In this document: piece after piece, positions 8,016 to 17,162 of the stretch | How the letters are laid out: every line of letters starts with the position of its first letter | Position numbering within the stretch: position 1 is the stretch's first letter | Assembly: GCA_049322955.1 (NCBI GenBank) | Contig: JBMOPU010000012.1 | Span: 681,517-745,516, forward strand | Direction of reading: 5' to 3' | Length of the DNA: 64,000 nucleotides | From: Patescibacteria group bacterium | Lineage (GTDB): Bacteria > Patescibacteriota > Microgenomatia > UBA10105 > UBA927 | Translations under genes and position numbers: made by a program | The notes under the pieces: generated by a model | Databases searched by the model: none | What the model saw: only the letters and a program-made list of their open reading frames with translations | What the model was told of the DNA's origin: nothing

Positions 8016-9359
8016 CTACTTCCCTCTCGTCACCGTGTACAGTTTGGGGTAATACAGGAAGATCGCGGGAGCCTCTTCCACAAGTCTACGCTGGAAATCC
8101 GTATAGATAAGTTTGCGCTTTTCCTGATCAAGTTCCACCCTTCCGTCTTCCAATAGCTTATCGATTTTTACGTTCACGTATCCTGTGATATTCGTCGGTC
8201 CCTGGGTGGAGTGCCAGAACGGATATTGATCAGGATCGGGCGGAACGTCCTGCGCGCTTAACAACACCTGGTAGTCTTGAGGCACCGTACTTTCCACCTG
8301 CACCTTGGTCGGCATGCCAAGAGCCGTCCAGGAGGCCGCTATCTTTTGTGCCGTATCCAAATAGGAAGGGAAGGTGGAAAGCGTCAGTTGTCCCGATTCG
8401 GTTGCCAGCCTGGTTTGCCCGATCATCTTCTTTGCCTCGATCGGATTATAGGTGTAGTTTTTGACGTTTTTGGCATATGCCCACGACGTTTTACTGATCG
8501 GTGATCCGGCCTTTTCGTACGGCAATTCCGGAATACCGTACGCCAATCCCTGACGGATTGTTTTGTCACTCAGCTCAGGGTTACGCATGTTAAAAAATAA
8601 CGTAACGATGCGGTCATATTTAGTTTGTTCGGTCACGGTCACGTTTCCCCAGTTTGCCAGTGCCGACACAGTACTCATTTCCACTAACTCGTCAATTTCT
8701 CCCAGCTGGAACGCAAGTTGTGCCTGTGCTTCGGTCTGATAGAAGGTAAATTGTTTCGGCGTAAGCTTTTCGCCGAGTTTCGGATATAACGAAACAGATT
8801 TGACACTCCCTCCCGCAAGCTGAATATTCCCGACGCTATATTTCCCAATCCCGGTGAGGCCGGGCAGAAAGACGGGTTTTGAAAGCAATGAGGGAAACGG
8901 GCTATACGGATATTGCAGATGCGCAATCAGCATGTTATCTCCGGTAGGAACAAAGGTGACGCCCCGTATATTGTAATTCACGTCCAGTGCGGTGACGGTT
9001 TTGCCGTTATGCCAGGTAACATCCTTTTTTAGGGTAAAAATAAATGTTTTGCCGCTATTGGTCGCTTCCCATTTCTCGCTCAATGCAGGTTTTGGAGTGC
9101 CGTCGGGTGCAAGCTCCGTTAATCCTTGGCTGATAAGCTGTTGGATTGACGCGGGTAAGTTGGACGGACTGTATTCGCCTACCATACCGACTCGGTCCAT
9201 ACGATAGGTGAGCGAACGGGCAAAAAACGGATAGGCACGCCAGAAGAGCACAGAAAGCAACAATCCCGCGACAAATCCAAGCACCAGTGAACGGGTGTAC
9301 TTACGGGCGAGTTCTATGACAACAAGGAAAAAAAGCCGTACCGATCTAGGTCGAAACAT
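8016..9359 (-). CDS. ABC transporter substrate-binding protein, family 5 (OppA/DppA-like)
   Basis: PALSEKWE…FTLKKDVTWHNG…DV signature; PDPDQYPFWHS; N-terminal anchor. Confidence 0.85.
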   Translation of the reverse strand: MFRPRSVRLFFLVVIELARKYTRSLVLGFVAGLLLSVLFWRAYPFFARSLTYRMDRVGMVGEYSPSNLPASIQQLISQGLTELAPDGTPKPALSEKWEATNSGKTFIFTLKKDVTWHNGKTVTALDVNYNIRGVTFVPTGDNMLIAHLQYPYSPFPSLLSKPVFLPGLTGIGKYSVGNIQLAGGSVKSVSLYPKLGEKLTPKQFTFYQTEAQAQLAFQLGEIDELVEMSTVSALANWGNVTVTEQTKYDRIVTLFFNMRNPELSDKTIRQGLAYGIPELPYEKAGSPISKTSWAYAKNVKNYTYNPIEAKKMIGQTRLATESGQLTLSTFPSYLDTAQKIAASWTALGMPTKVQVESTVPQDYQVLLSAQDVPPDPDQYPFWHSTQGPTNITGYVNVKIDKLLEDGRVELDQEKRKLIYTDFQRRLVEEAPAIFLYYPKLYTVTRGK

Positions 9360-9375
9360 AGCGGTTCACCGGTCG

Positions 9376-9591
9376 TCAATGAATGGCGACATTGATAAGC
9401 GACGTGATTAAAAATAACACGCCCACGACGATGGTTCCGGTGAAGATGACTTTTTCTGCCCCCCGTTTGGTCCGATACAGTTCTCCGCCGCCGAGTCCCC
9501 CGCCCAAACCGCCTTTACTGCTTTGGAGGAGGATAAGCCCCATAAGGGTTACGGAAAGTATGACCTGTAAAACTAAAAATACGGTACCCAT
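9376..9591 (-). CDS. secG: Preprotein translocase subunit SecG
   Basis: LILLQSSKGGLGG…RGAEK with two TM helices. Confidence 0.9.
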   Translation of the reverse strand: MGTVFLVLQVILSVTLMGLILLQSSKGGLGGGLGGGELYRTKRGAEKVIFTGTIVVGVLFLITSLINVAIH

Positions 9592-9593
9592 AG

Positions 9594-10601
9594 TTATGGT
9601 GTAATAATACCAGCTAATGCCTCCGCAAGTCTATCGCTACTGTGTCGGATGAGGCTCCGGATGAGCGCATCGGAGGACGATTTCTTATACAGCGTATTAC
9701 TCACCAGTTTCCCCGTTCGGACCTTGTAGTAGCTGTTGCGCGGAAGATTATCGATAACAGGCGCTTCATGAGCCTTGGCATACACTTCCAGTGCCTTGGG
9801 TGAAAGTGGGGCGGTGTTGACTAATACATGATCGATTGATTGACCGATGATTTTTTCAACGGCGTTGACATGATCGACGGCGGTAAAGTTGTAGGTCTGG
9901 CCGAATTTGGTCATGAGGTTTAACACATAGACGATCTCCGCCTTCGTTTCTTTGAGCGCCTTGGCAATTCCCTCGACCAAAAGATTCGGCAGTAAGCTGG
10001 TGTAGAGATCCCCCGGACCAATGACCACCATATCGGCATTTTTGATGGCGGCAATCGCTTCGGGATTGGCTTTCGCATTGGGTTTTAAGGAGACATCGGT
10101 GATCTTGAGGGTACCGTCGTGTGTCGGTTCGTCGATAAGATGCTCTTCGGTAACCGTGGTGCCGTCTTCATAGGTGGCATAGAGGTTGGTTTCGGTGAGG
10201 GTTACGGGGATAACCGCACCTTTTATGCGAAGTACTTTCCCCGTCTGCTTGATCGCCTCATCCTGACTGCCCATGATGTCGGTTAAGGCGGCCATAAAGA
10301 GGTTTCCGAACGTCATACCGGCAATTCCCTGCCCCTTCTCGAAACGGTACATAAAAAGCTTGCGTAAGATTCCTATACCCCCGTTTTCGTCGGAAAGCGC
10401 CACGAGACATTGGCGGATGTCGGAGGTGGGAAGCAGGCCGAACTCATCACGAATCCTTCGGTTACTTCCTCCCGAATCACTCATGGTGACGATGGCGGTA
10501 AGCGAAAGCGGGTATTGCTTGAGCCCCCGAAGCGCGACAAAAGTACCCGTTCCCCCGCCGATGCACACGACTTTTTTGAGGTTCTGTTGTTTTGTTGCCA
10601 T
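9594..10601 (-). CDS. yvcK: YvcK/GlmR family gluconeogenesis/morphogenesis factor
   Basis: IGGGTG, DSGGS, PTSDIR, GNL, GPGDLYTS, RHS motifs. Confidence 0.9.
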   Translation of the reverse strand: MATKQQNLKKVVCIGGGTGTFVALRGLKQYPLSLTAIVTMSDSGGSNRRIRDEFGLLPTSDIRQCLVALSDENGGIGILRKLFMYRFEKGQGIAGMTFGNLFMAALTDIMGSQDEAIKQTGKVLRIKGAVIPVTLTETNLYATYEDGTTVTEEHLIDEPTHDGTLKITDVSLKPNAKANPEAIAAIKNADMVVIGPGDLYTSLLPNLLVEGIAKALKETKAEIVYVLNLMTKFGQTYNFTAVDHVNAVEKIIGQSIDHVLVNTAPLSPKALEVYAKAHEAPVIDNLPRNSYYKVRTGKLVSNTLYKKSSSDALIRSLIRHSSDRLAEALAGIITP

Positions 10602-10611
10602 AGCCGTTCGA

Positions 10612-11016
10612 TTAGGACTCGGAAATGTCATGCAGTAAGTTCACCAGTGCCGAGACAGCCAATGATACCAGAATGAACGATACAAATGAAGAAAAGGCAA
10701 TCTCCGGGAGCACAAATCCGGCAAATGACGCCCCGGGAAATGTCCAAGCCGTAACCTTCACCCCGCTGACGAAAAAGGTTAACAGGTACAGAACTATAAC
10801 GTTAATAAACCATGAAAGCAATCCGAACGTCAGGAGATTTATCGGAATAAAGAGTATCTTCAGAAGCGGGGCGACTAACAGCATAAGGAGGCTCAACACA
10901 AAGCCCGCAAGCAAAAGTACCGGCCATCCTCCGCTTATTTGGAGCGCGGGAAGTATTTGAGAAACGAACCAAAGGGAAAAACTGTGAAACAGAAAAACCC
11001 GCAGTAAATACTTCAT
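10612..11016 (-). CDS. YvlD-like 4-TM membrane protein (phage holin superfamily IV annotation)
   Basis: PLLKILFIPINLLTFGLLSWFIN motif; usual uvr/yvcK neighbour. Confidence 0.8.
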   Translation of the reverse strand: MKYLLRVFLFHSFSLWFVSQILPALQISGGWPVLLLAGFVLSLLMLLVAPLLKILFIPINLLTFGLLSWFINVIVLYLLTFFVSGVKVTAWTFPGASFAGFVLPEIAFSSFVSFILVSLAVSALVNLLHDISES

Positions 11017-11050
11017 AATGATTTATGGTACCAAGAGCGGTGCGCTTCGG

Positions 11051-12394
11051 TCAAACGCCGGAGGCATCCAGTTGCTTTTTAAATGCTTTTGAGCGAAGCA
11101 ACCGGTGGTAGGTTATGGCAAACCGGTGCGCTTCATCGCGTATCCGTTGTACGACCTTTATCGCACGACCCGAAAGCGGCAGGCGAAGGATCGAAAAACC
11201 TTTTTCCTCGGGGATAACCAATTCTTCTTCCCGTTTCGCAAGACCCACGAGCGGTAGCGTGATGCCAAGCTCTGTTAACACGGTTTTGGCCGTTTCCACT
11301 TGCGGTTTGCCGCCGTCAACGATCAGCAAATCAGGAAACGGCCACTCCGTATGAGCAAGTCTTCTCGTGAGGACATCGCGCATCATCGCAACGTCGGAGA
11401 TGCCTTTGACCGAGGTGATCCGAAACTTCCGATACTCTCCTTTTTCCGGTCGGCCGTCGTGCAGGACGGTCATGGAACCCACCGCCTGTTTGCCCATGAG
11501 ATTAGATATATCAAAACATTCGATGCGATGCAGTGTGTGTAACTCGGGAAAGTACCTCTGCATGCGAAGCAGGAGTTCCGAAAGTTCCTCCTGATAGATG
11601 TCGGTTGCCCCCTGATCCAAAAATATCTGCGGGTCATAACGATATGCCGATATGCCGTTTAAAAATTGCAATCGATCCTTTATGACGCCGGCTTTTTCAA
11701 AAGCCAGCGCATCGGCATACGCGCGCATTTCCTTTTCGTATTCTTTCACCAACCAGGCGGTTTTCCCCTGAAACAGGGCATTTAAGCGAAACATATTTGA
11801 ACGATACCGGTGTATTGCCTGTTCACGGGCTTTTCCTTCCAGTGTGATGATGATGCCGGGACAAGGATCGCATAACCCAAGATGGGTATAAAAACATGCT
11901 TTCCCCCTGCGTTCCTTTTGCGTGCAGTACGGAACGATACTCCGTAACTGCCGGAGGAGCCCGCGTAAAGCATATCCCGATTGGAACGGACCGTAGATGG
12001 CATTTTTGGCCGAATGCTCATAAAACTGTAGCTCTCCTTTTCGCACTAAAAGGAGCCTAGGTAATTCCTCAGAAAGGGTGATGACGACATACAGATAGCT
12101 TTTGTCATCACGTGACACTACGTTGTATTTCGGCATATACTGCCGAATGAGTTTTGCTTCCAGGAGCAGTGCATCAAATTCGCTGGTCGTAGGGATTGTT
12201 TCAATGGAGTTGATTTCCGCAACAAGTCGTACGGTTTTTTCACCGACGGCATCCTCGCGCTGAAAATACTGCCTGACCCTGCGGGACAAATCGACGGCCT
12301 TGCCGACGTAGATAACTGTCTTTTCCGCATTCCGGTAGATGTACACTCCCGGTTCTTTGGGGAGTACTGCTAATGTTTCTTTGAGGTTTTCCAT
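11051..12394 (-). CDS. uvrC: Excinuclease ABC subunit C (lacks C-terminal HhH)
   Basis: GIY-YIG PGVY…YVGKA, Cys-rich region, IECFDIS, DGG, RDEAHRFA; ends just after this. Confidence 0.9.
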   Translation of the reverse strand: MENLKETLAVLPKEPGVYIYRNAEKTVIYVGKAVDLSRRVRQYFQREDAVGEKTVRLVAEINSIETIPTTSEFDALLLEAKLIRQYMPKYNVVSRDDKSYLYVVITLSEELPRLLLVRKGELQFYEHSAKNAIYGPFQSGYALRGLLRQLRSIVPYCTQKERRGKACFYTHLGLCDPCPGIIITLEGKAREQAIHRYRSNMFRLNALFQGKTAWLVKEYEKEMRAYADALAFEKAGVIKDRLQFLNGISAYRYDPQIFLDQGATDIYQEELSELLLRMQRYFPELHTLHRIECFDISNLMGKQAVGSMTVLHDGRPEKGEYRKFRITSVKGISDVAMMRDVLTRRLAHTEWPFPDLLIVDGGKPQVETAKTVLTELGITLPLVGLAKREEELVIPEEKGFSILRLPLSGRAIKVVQRIRDEAHRFAITYHRLLRSKAFKKQLDASGV

Positions 12395-14184
12395 AGGAAT
12401 AGTTGTAGGAGTTTTATCCCGATACCGATTGCCGAAAGAAGCGTCAGTGCCCCGAGTACGACAAGCCAGTACAGCGGTTGGATGCGAAAGCTTTGGGTTA
12501 AGGTGACGTCATTGACCCGCGCACGAATCTGACCGGGTTTTGCGGTAACCGTCTGATCAAACGTGCCGGCAATGGGAATGCGAACCACCGCATAAGGGAG
12601 GAGCTCACCGATAACTTCCGTTACCTTTATGGCATCGGGCTCGGACACCGCACTGACGGCAATATTGTATGCTGATTCTCCTCCTTTGTTGGTGATGACA
12701 ATCGCGCCCGATGCCTTGGTGCCGGCTCCTACCTGACTCGGAAACTCGATAACGGTTGAAACATCCGCACCTTTATCCTGGGCAGATTCAGCAAACTCAA
12801 CGCTGATATCCCTTCCCGAACTGTCCGCGGTTCGATAGTAACCGGCAGGATACGGTGTTGCGCTGTCGATACCGTTAATGGCAAAGACGATATGGTTAAA
12901 GTCGAGTTTGGTAAAGTAATCAACTCCCCCGGTTGTGTTTGCCCAGGTCGGATCAACGGGTACCCATAATTTGAGCGTGCTGTCGTAGTACTCGGGCCAT
13001 GCATGCAAGACGTCGGTGATCAGTGAGAGGGGTCGGAGCTTCGGATTATTCGTATAGGCATAGCCGACCACTCTTCGTGCCGGTATGCCGGCGGCACGGG
13101 CAATCGCGATAAATAAGTCGGTAAATTCCATACACACCGCCTGCGACGGATTTTTACTTGCTTCCAGAGCTCCCAGGCGCGTTGTCGGAGCGTTTACTTT
13201 GTCATAATTGTACGAAAGCGCCGTTGAGACGTAGGAATAGATCAACTCCGGCGTGTTGTAACGTGCGGCAAGACTCTGAATGGAGGTGTCTTTCACCTGC
13301 CAATACGCCGCCTCTTTGGTATAGAGCGCGGGATCGGGAGGCGTTGTCGCAAAATCTTTCCGTGCGGAAAGAAACACCGATATCGAAAGCACCGCGGTTA
13401 CTTTAAGGGTCTGTCGCGGCGCTACACTATACCTGCCGAGCCAATTACCGTCGGGATCCGACGTCACCGTCACCGGGGAAGGCGTTAACGATTGGATGGT
13501 GACCTTTTGGAATGCGGTACTCGGCGGCAAGGCAATTTCCTGTAGCTCCGCAGTGACCCCGGGATTGCTGAGCGAATAGGTAAGCGTCAGATCAAAATTT
13601 TGAGTGGCGCCGTATGCGGCCGCGATGCCTCCCTTGATCATCTGTTCTTTGTTCCACGACTTGCCGTTGGCAGGTTGTGGGGAAAGGTAGGCCGCGGGGC
13701 CGAACGTCGGAGGTACCGCAACGGTGACATCATAAGCGCCGATGTCGGGATCATTGAGTACACCCGGTACGTACAACTCCCAAATACTTCCGTTTTTTGT
13801 CGCAATCCCCGCATGTTCATAGCGCAATGAAAACGGCAACGATTTTCCCAATCCGATGGCGCGGACATTAAACCGAAGTGAAATATGCGTCTTTCCTTCT
13901 TTTACCGAGATCGCCGGGGTAATAATGCCGCCGTCATCATAGGCGATGATATTGCTTATTTTGTCGCTGTCCAAAACCAATGAATATTCCTGCGGATAAA
14001 AATTCGGGAGCTTGTTGGTAAGGGTCACCTGTTGGGTGACGATGGTTTTCCCCGTGGGTGAAATCGCGTATTGTACGTCATAATCGGCCTGAAATTCACC
14101 GGTGGCATATGCTTTAGGAGTGATTGTGACTATTCCGAAAAGAAGGAAGAGCAGGCAAAAAAGTCGTCCGGCGAAGACACGCAT
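12370..14184 (-). CDS. Membrane-anchored transglutaminase-like protein
   Basis: Signal peptide, CMEFTDLF…GIPAR, HAW, DPTW catalytic triad, C-terminal TM. Confidence 0.85.
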   Translation of the reverse strand: MRVFAGRLFCLLFLLFGIVTITPKAYATGEFQADYDVQYAISPTGKTIVTQQVTLTNKLPNFYPQEYSLVLDSDKISNIIAYDDGGIITPAISVKEGKTHISLRFNVRAIGLGKSLPFSLRYEHAGIATKNGSIWELYVPGVLNDPDIGAYDVTVAVPPTFGPAAYLSPQPANGKSWNKEQMIKGGIAAAYGATQNFDLTLTYSLSNPGVTAELQEIALPPSTAFQKVTIQSLTPSPVTVTSDPDGNWLGRYSVAPRQTLKVTAVLSISVFLSARKDFATTPPDPALYTKEAAYWQVKDTSIQSLAARYNTPELIYSYVSTALSYNYDKVNAPTTRLGALEASKNPSQAVCMEFTDLFIAIARAAGIPARRVVGYAYTNNPKLRPLSLITDVLHAWPEYYDSTLKLWVPVDPTWANTTGGVDYFTKLDFNHIVFAINGIDSATPYPAGYYRTADSSGRDISVEFAESAQDKGADVSTVIEFPSQVGAGTKASGAIVITNKGGESAYNIAVSAVSEPDAIKVTEVIGELLPYAVVRIPIAGTFDQTVTAKPGQIRARVNDVTLTQSFRIQPLYWLVVLGALTLLSAIGIGIKLLQLFLWKTSKKH

Positions 14185-14188
14185 ACGT

Positions 14189-17113
14189 CTATAGTACCCT
14201 TTTTAGAAATTGACCGGTATACGATAAACGGTTTGCGGCAATTTCTTTAGGAGTTCCTTGTGCGATGATATCGCCTCCCTTGGATCCCCCTTCAGGACCT
14301 AAATCGATAATCCAATCGGCACTGCGGATAACATCAAGATTATGCTCGATGACCACGACGGTATTACCGAGAGCAACCAGTCGGTGCAAAACCGCAAGGA
14401 GTTTTTCAAGGTCGGCAAAGTGCAGACCCGTGGTCGGCTCATCCAGGATATACAGCGTTCTTCCGGTTGACCGTCGGGAAAGCTCGCTTGAAAGCTTAAC
14501 CCGCTGAGCCTCTCCGCCTGATAGAGTTGTCGCAGGTTGCCCCAAATGCATATAGGACAGACCGACATCGGCAATGGTGGTCAGTTTAGACAGCACCTGC
14601 GGGTGCGCATGGAAAAATTCGATAGCTTCCGTAATACTCATGTTGAGCACGTCCGCTATTGATTTGCCGCGATACGTCACCTCGAGCGTTTCATTGTTAT
14701 AGCGCTTGCCGCCACATACTTCGCAGGTTACATACACGTCCGCCATAAACTGCATTTCGATCTTTCGTTGTCCTTCGCCTTCACACACCTCACACCGACC
14801 CCCCTTGACGTTAAAGGAGAATCGTCCGCTTTTATATCCGCGGAGACGCGATTCGGATAGGTTGGCATAGATATCGCGAACAAAACTGAAAATACCCGTA
14901 TACGTCGCGGGGTTGCTTCGCGGAGTTCGCCCGATCGGCGATTGGTCGATGAGTACCACTTTGTCGATTGCATCGATACCGGTTACCGATGCAAACGTTC
15001 CGGGGCGTTCTTTGGAAAACGGATTATAGTGCCGCATAAGCGCGGGATAGAACGTCTCGACGACAAGGGAAGATTTTCCGCTTCCCGATACTCCGGTGAC
15101 ACAGACGAATTTACCGAGCGGAATAGAGAGATCCACGCCTTTTAAGTTGTTATGCGTCACGTTGGTCATGGTGATAAAACGCGGGGTAAGATCGGTCTGT
15201 GGGCTTTTCGTAACCGTTATGTGCTTTCTCCCTGAGAGATAACCCCCGGTGACTGACTTTTTCGACTCTTTGATTTCGGCAAGCGTTCCCTGTGCTACCA
15301 CGGTGCCGCCGAATTTTCCCGCGCCAGGGCCGAAGTCCACTATATAATCCCCCGCTTCTATCATCTCGCGATCATGTTCGACGACGATGACGGAGTTCCC
15401 CAGATCACGAAGCGATACCAGCGTTTTGACGAGCCGATGATTATCCCGTGGGTGCAATCCGATGGACGGTTCATCCAAAACGTACAATACCCCGGTCAAG
15501 CCGGAGCCTATTTGTGACGCTAATCTGATCCGCTGTGCCTCGCCGCCCGCCAGTGTCGTTGCGCCTCGCGAAAGTGAGAGGTATTCGAGTCCGACACTGA
15601 GGAGAAACCCCAACCTCGCCAACACTTCCTTGAGAATCGGTCCCGCGATACGTGCCTCCGTTTGCGACAGGACGGCATTTTCCGTTTTGGCGATTGATTG
15701 TGTCCATGCGTACGCGTCGGTAATGCTCATATCCGTCACATCGGCAATGGAGTGCTTATCAATGGTGATGGTGAGACTTTCTTTCTTGAGCCGTTTTCCC
15801 TGACACGCACTACACACTTCCGTACGCATATATTTCTCGATTTCCGTTCGGAGAAAATCGGATTCCGATTCGGCATGTCGCTTCATGAGCTCGGGAATAA
15901 ATCCCGAAAACGTTTCATTAATGGCCGTTTCTTCACCAAAACGGTTTTTCCCTTTGACATGATGAATCTCATCTCCCGTGCCGTAAAGCAATATGTCCCG
16001 CTGTTTTTTGGTGAAGGTCTTAAGCGGCAGTCGTATGTTCATACCGTGTTTCTCGGCAACCGCTGTCACGACGCGTGAATACCAGGTATCGTGAAAAAAT
16101 GTCTTGGCAAACGGCAACACCCCGCCCTCGGTTATGGAAAGATCCAAATTGAGAACGAGCTCCGGGTCAACCGTCAGGATGGATCCGATGCCGGTACAGG
16201 TGGGACACGCGCCGTGCGGTGAATTGAACGAAAATGACCGCGGTTCGATTTCTGGTAACGAGATATTACAAACCGGACAACTGAATTTTTCGGAAAAAAT
16301 ATGATCATGAACCGAACTGGGCTTATCGGGAAGCGAAAAACTTTTGTCATGAATTTCTCCCGCTATGACCAATCCCTCTGCAAGATTTAACGACTGTTCG
16401 ACGGCTTCGGTAAGCCGTGATCGAATGGTACTGACAAAGGCGGGCTTGAGGCTTTGTTTATCGATACTGAATTTATCGATAACGACATCAATAGAATGTT
16501 TGTTGGTTTTCAAAAGCGTGATGTCGCTATCAAGCTCAATAAACTTTCCGTCCACGCGCATCATTCGGAATCCTTTTGCTTTTACGTTATCAAAAAGCCC
16601 GGTGAATTCACCCTTGCGATCTCGTACGATGGGAGCCAAAATGACCAGTCGATAACTTCGGGCGGTGCCGCTCAGGCTGTTTTGGGCCATGGCAAGGATC
16701 GCATTCACAATCTGATCACCCGACATTTTGGAAATTTCCCTGCCGCAGTTCGGGCAATGCGGATGTCCGACACGGGCAAACAGCAAACGCAGGTAATCAT
16801 AAATTTCGGTGACGGTTCCGACCGTGGAGCGGGGGTTATGGGATGTGGATTTCTGGTCGATAGAAATCGCGGGCGACAACCCTTCTATCGTGTCCACATC
16901 GGGTTTGTCCATGACGCCAAGGAATTGTCTGGCGTATGAGGAAAGTGATTCCACATATCGCCGTTGCCCTTCCGCATAGATGGTATCAAATGCCAGGCTT
17001 GACTTCCCGGAGCCGGAAAGGCCGGTAAAAACAACAAGTTTATTTTTGGGAAGCTCCAGGTGCACGTTTTTCAAATTGTGCTGTCTGGCGCCTTTAATGA
17101 TAATGTTTTCCAT
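14189..17113 (-). CDS. uvrA: Excinuclease ABC subunit A
   Basis: Two ABC cassettes (GLSGSGKSS, GVSGSGKSS) and zinc fingers. Confidence 0.97.
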   Translation of the reverse strand: MENIIIKGARQHNLKNVHLELPKNKLVVFTGLSGSGKSSLAFDTIYAEGQRRYVESLSSYARQFLGVMDKPDVDTIEGLSPAISIDQKSTSHNPRSTVGTVTEIYDYLRLLFARVGHPHCPNCGREISKMSGDQIVNAILAMAQNSLSGTARSYRLVILAPIVRDRKGEFTGLFDNVKAKGFRMMRVDGKFIELDSDITLLKTNKHSIDVVIDKFSIDKQSLKPAFVSTIRSRLTEAVEQSLNLAEGLVIAGEIHDKSFSLPDKPSSVHDHIFSEKFSCPVCNISLPEIEPRSFSFNSPHGACPTCTGIGSILTVDPELVLNLDLSITEGGVLPFAKTFFHDTWYSRVVTAVAEKHGMNIRLPLKTFTKKQRDILLYGTGDEIHHVKGKNRFGEETAINETFSGFIPELMKRHAESESDFLRTEIEKYMRTEVCSACQGKRLKKESLTITIDKHSIADVTDMSITDAYAWTQSIAKTENAVLSQTEARIAGPILKEVLARLGFLLSVGLEYLSLSRGATTLAGGEAQRIRLASQIGSGLTGVLYVLDEPSIGLHPRDNHRLVKTLVSLRDLGNSVIVVEHDREMIEAGDYIVDFGPGAGKFGGTVVAQGTLAEIKESKKSVTGGYLSGRKHITVTKSPQTDLTPRFITMTNVTHNNLKGVDLSIPLGKFVCVTGVSGSGKSSLVVETFYPALMRHYNPFSKERPGTFASVTGIDAIDKVVLIDQSPIGRTPRSNPATYTGIFSFVRDIYANLSESRLRGYKSGRFSFNVKGGRCEVCEGEGQRKIEMQFMADVYVTCEVCGGKRYNNETLEVTYRGKSIADVLNMSITEAIEFFHAHPQVLSKLTTIADVGLSYMHLGQPATTLSGGEAQRVKLSSELSRRSTGRTLYILDEPTTGLHFADLEKLLAVLHRLVALGNTVVVIEHNLDVIRSADWIIDLGPEGGSKGGDIIAQGTPKEIAANRLSYTGQFLKRVL

Positions 17114-17162
17114 AAAGCAAACGACCACCGATATCCCGTGGCTTGGGTATTATACCAGGCTA

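Noticed and set aside
10612-11016. 'Phage holin' as evidence of a prophage
   Set aside because: YvlD-like genes are normal neighbours of uvr/yvcK, and there are no phage genes nearby.
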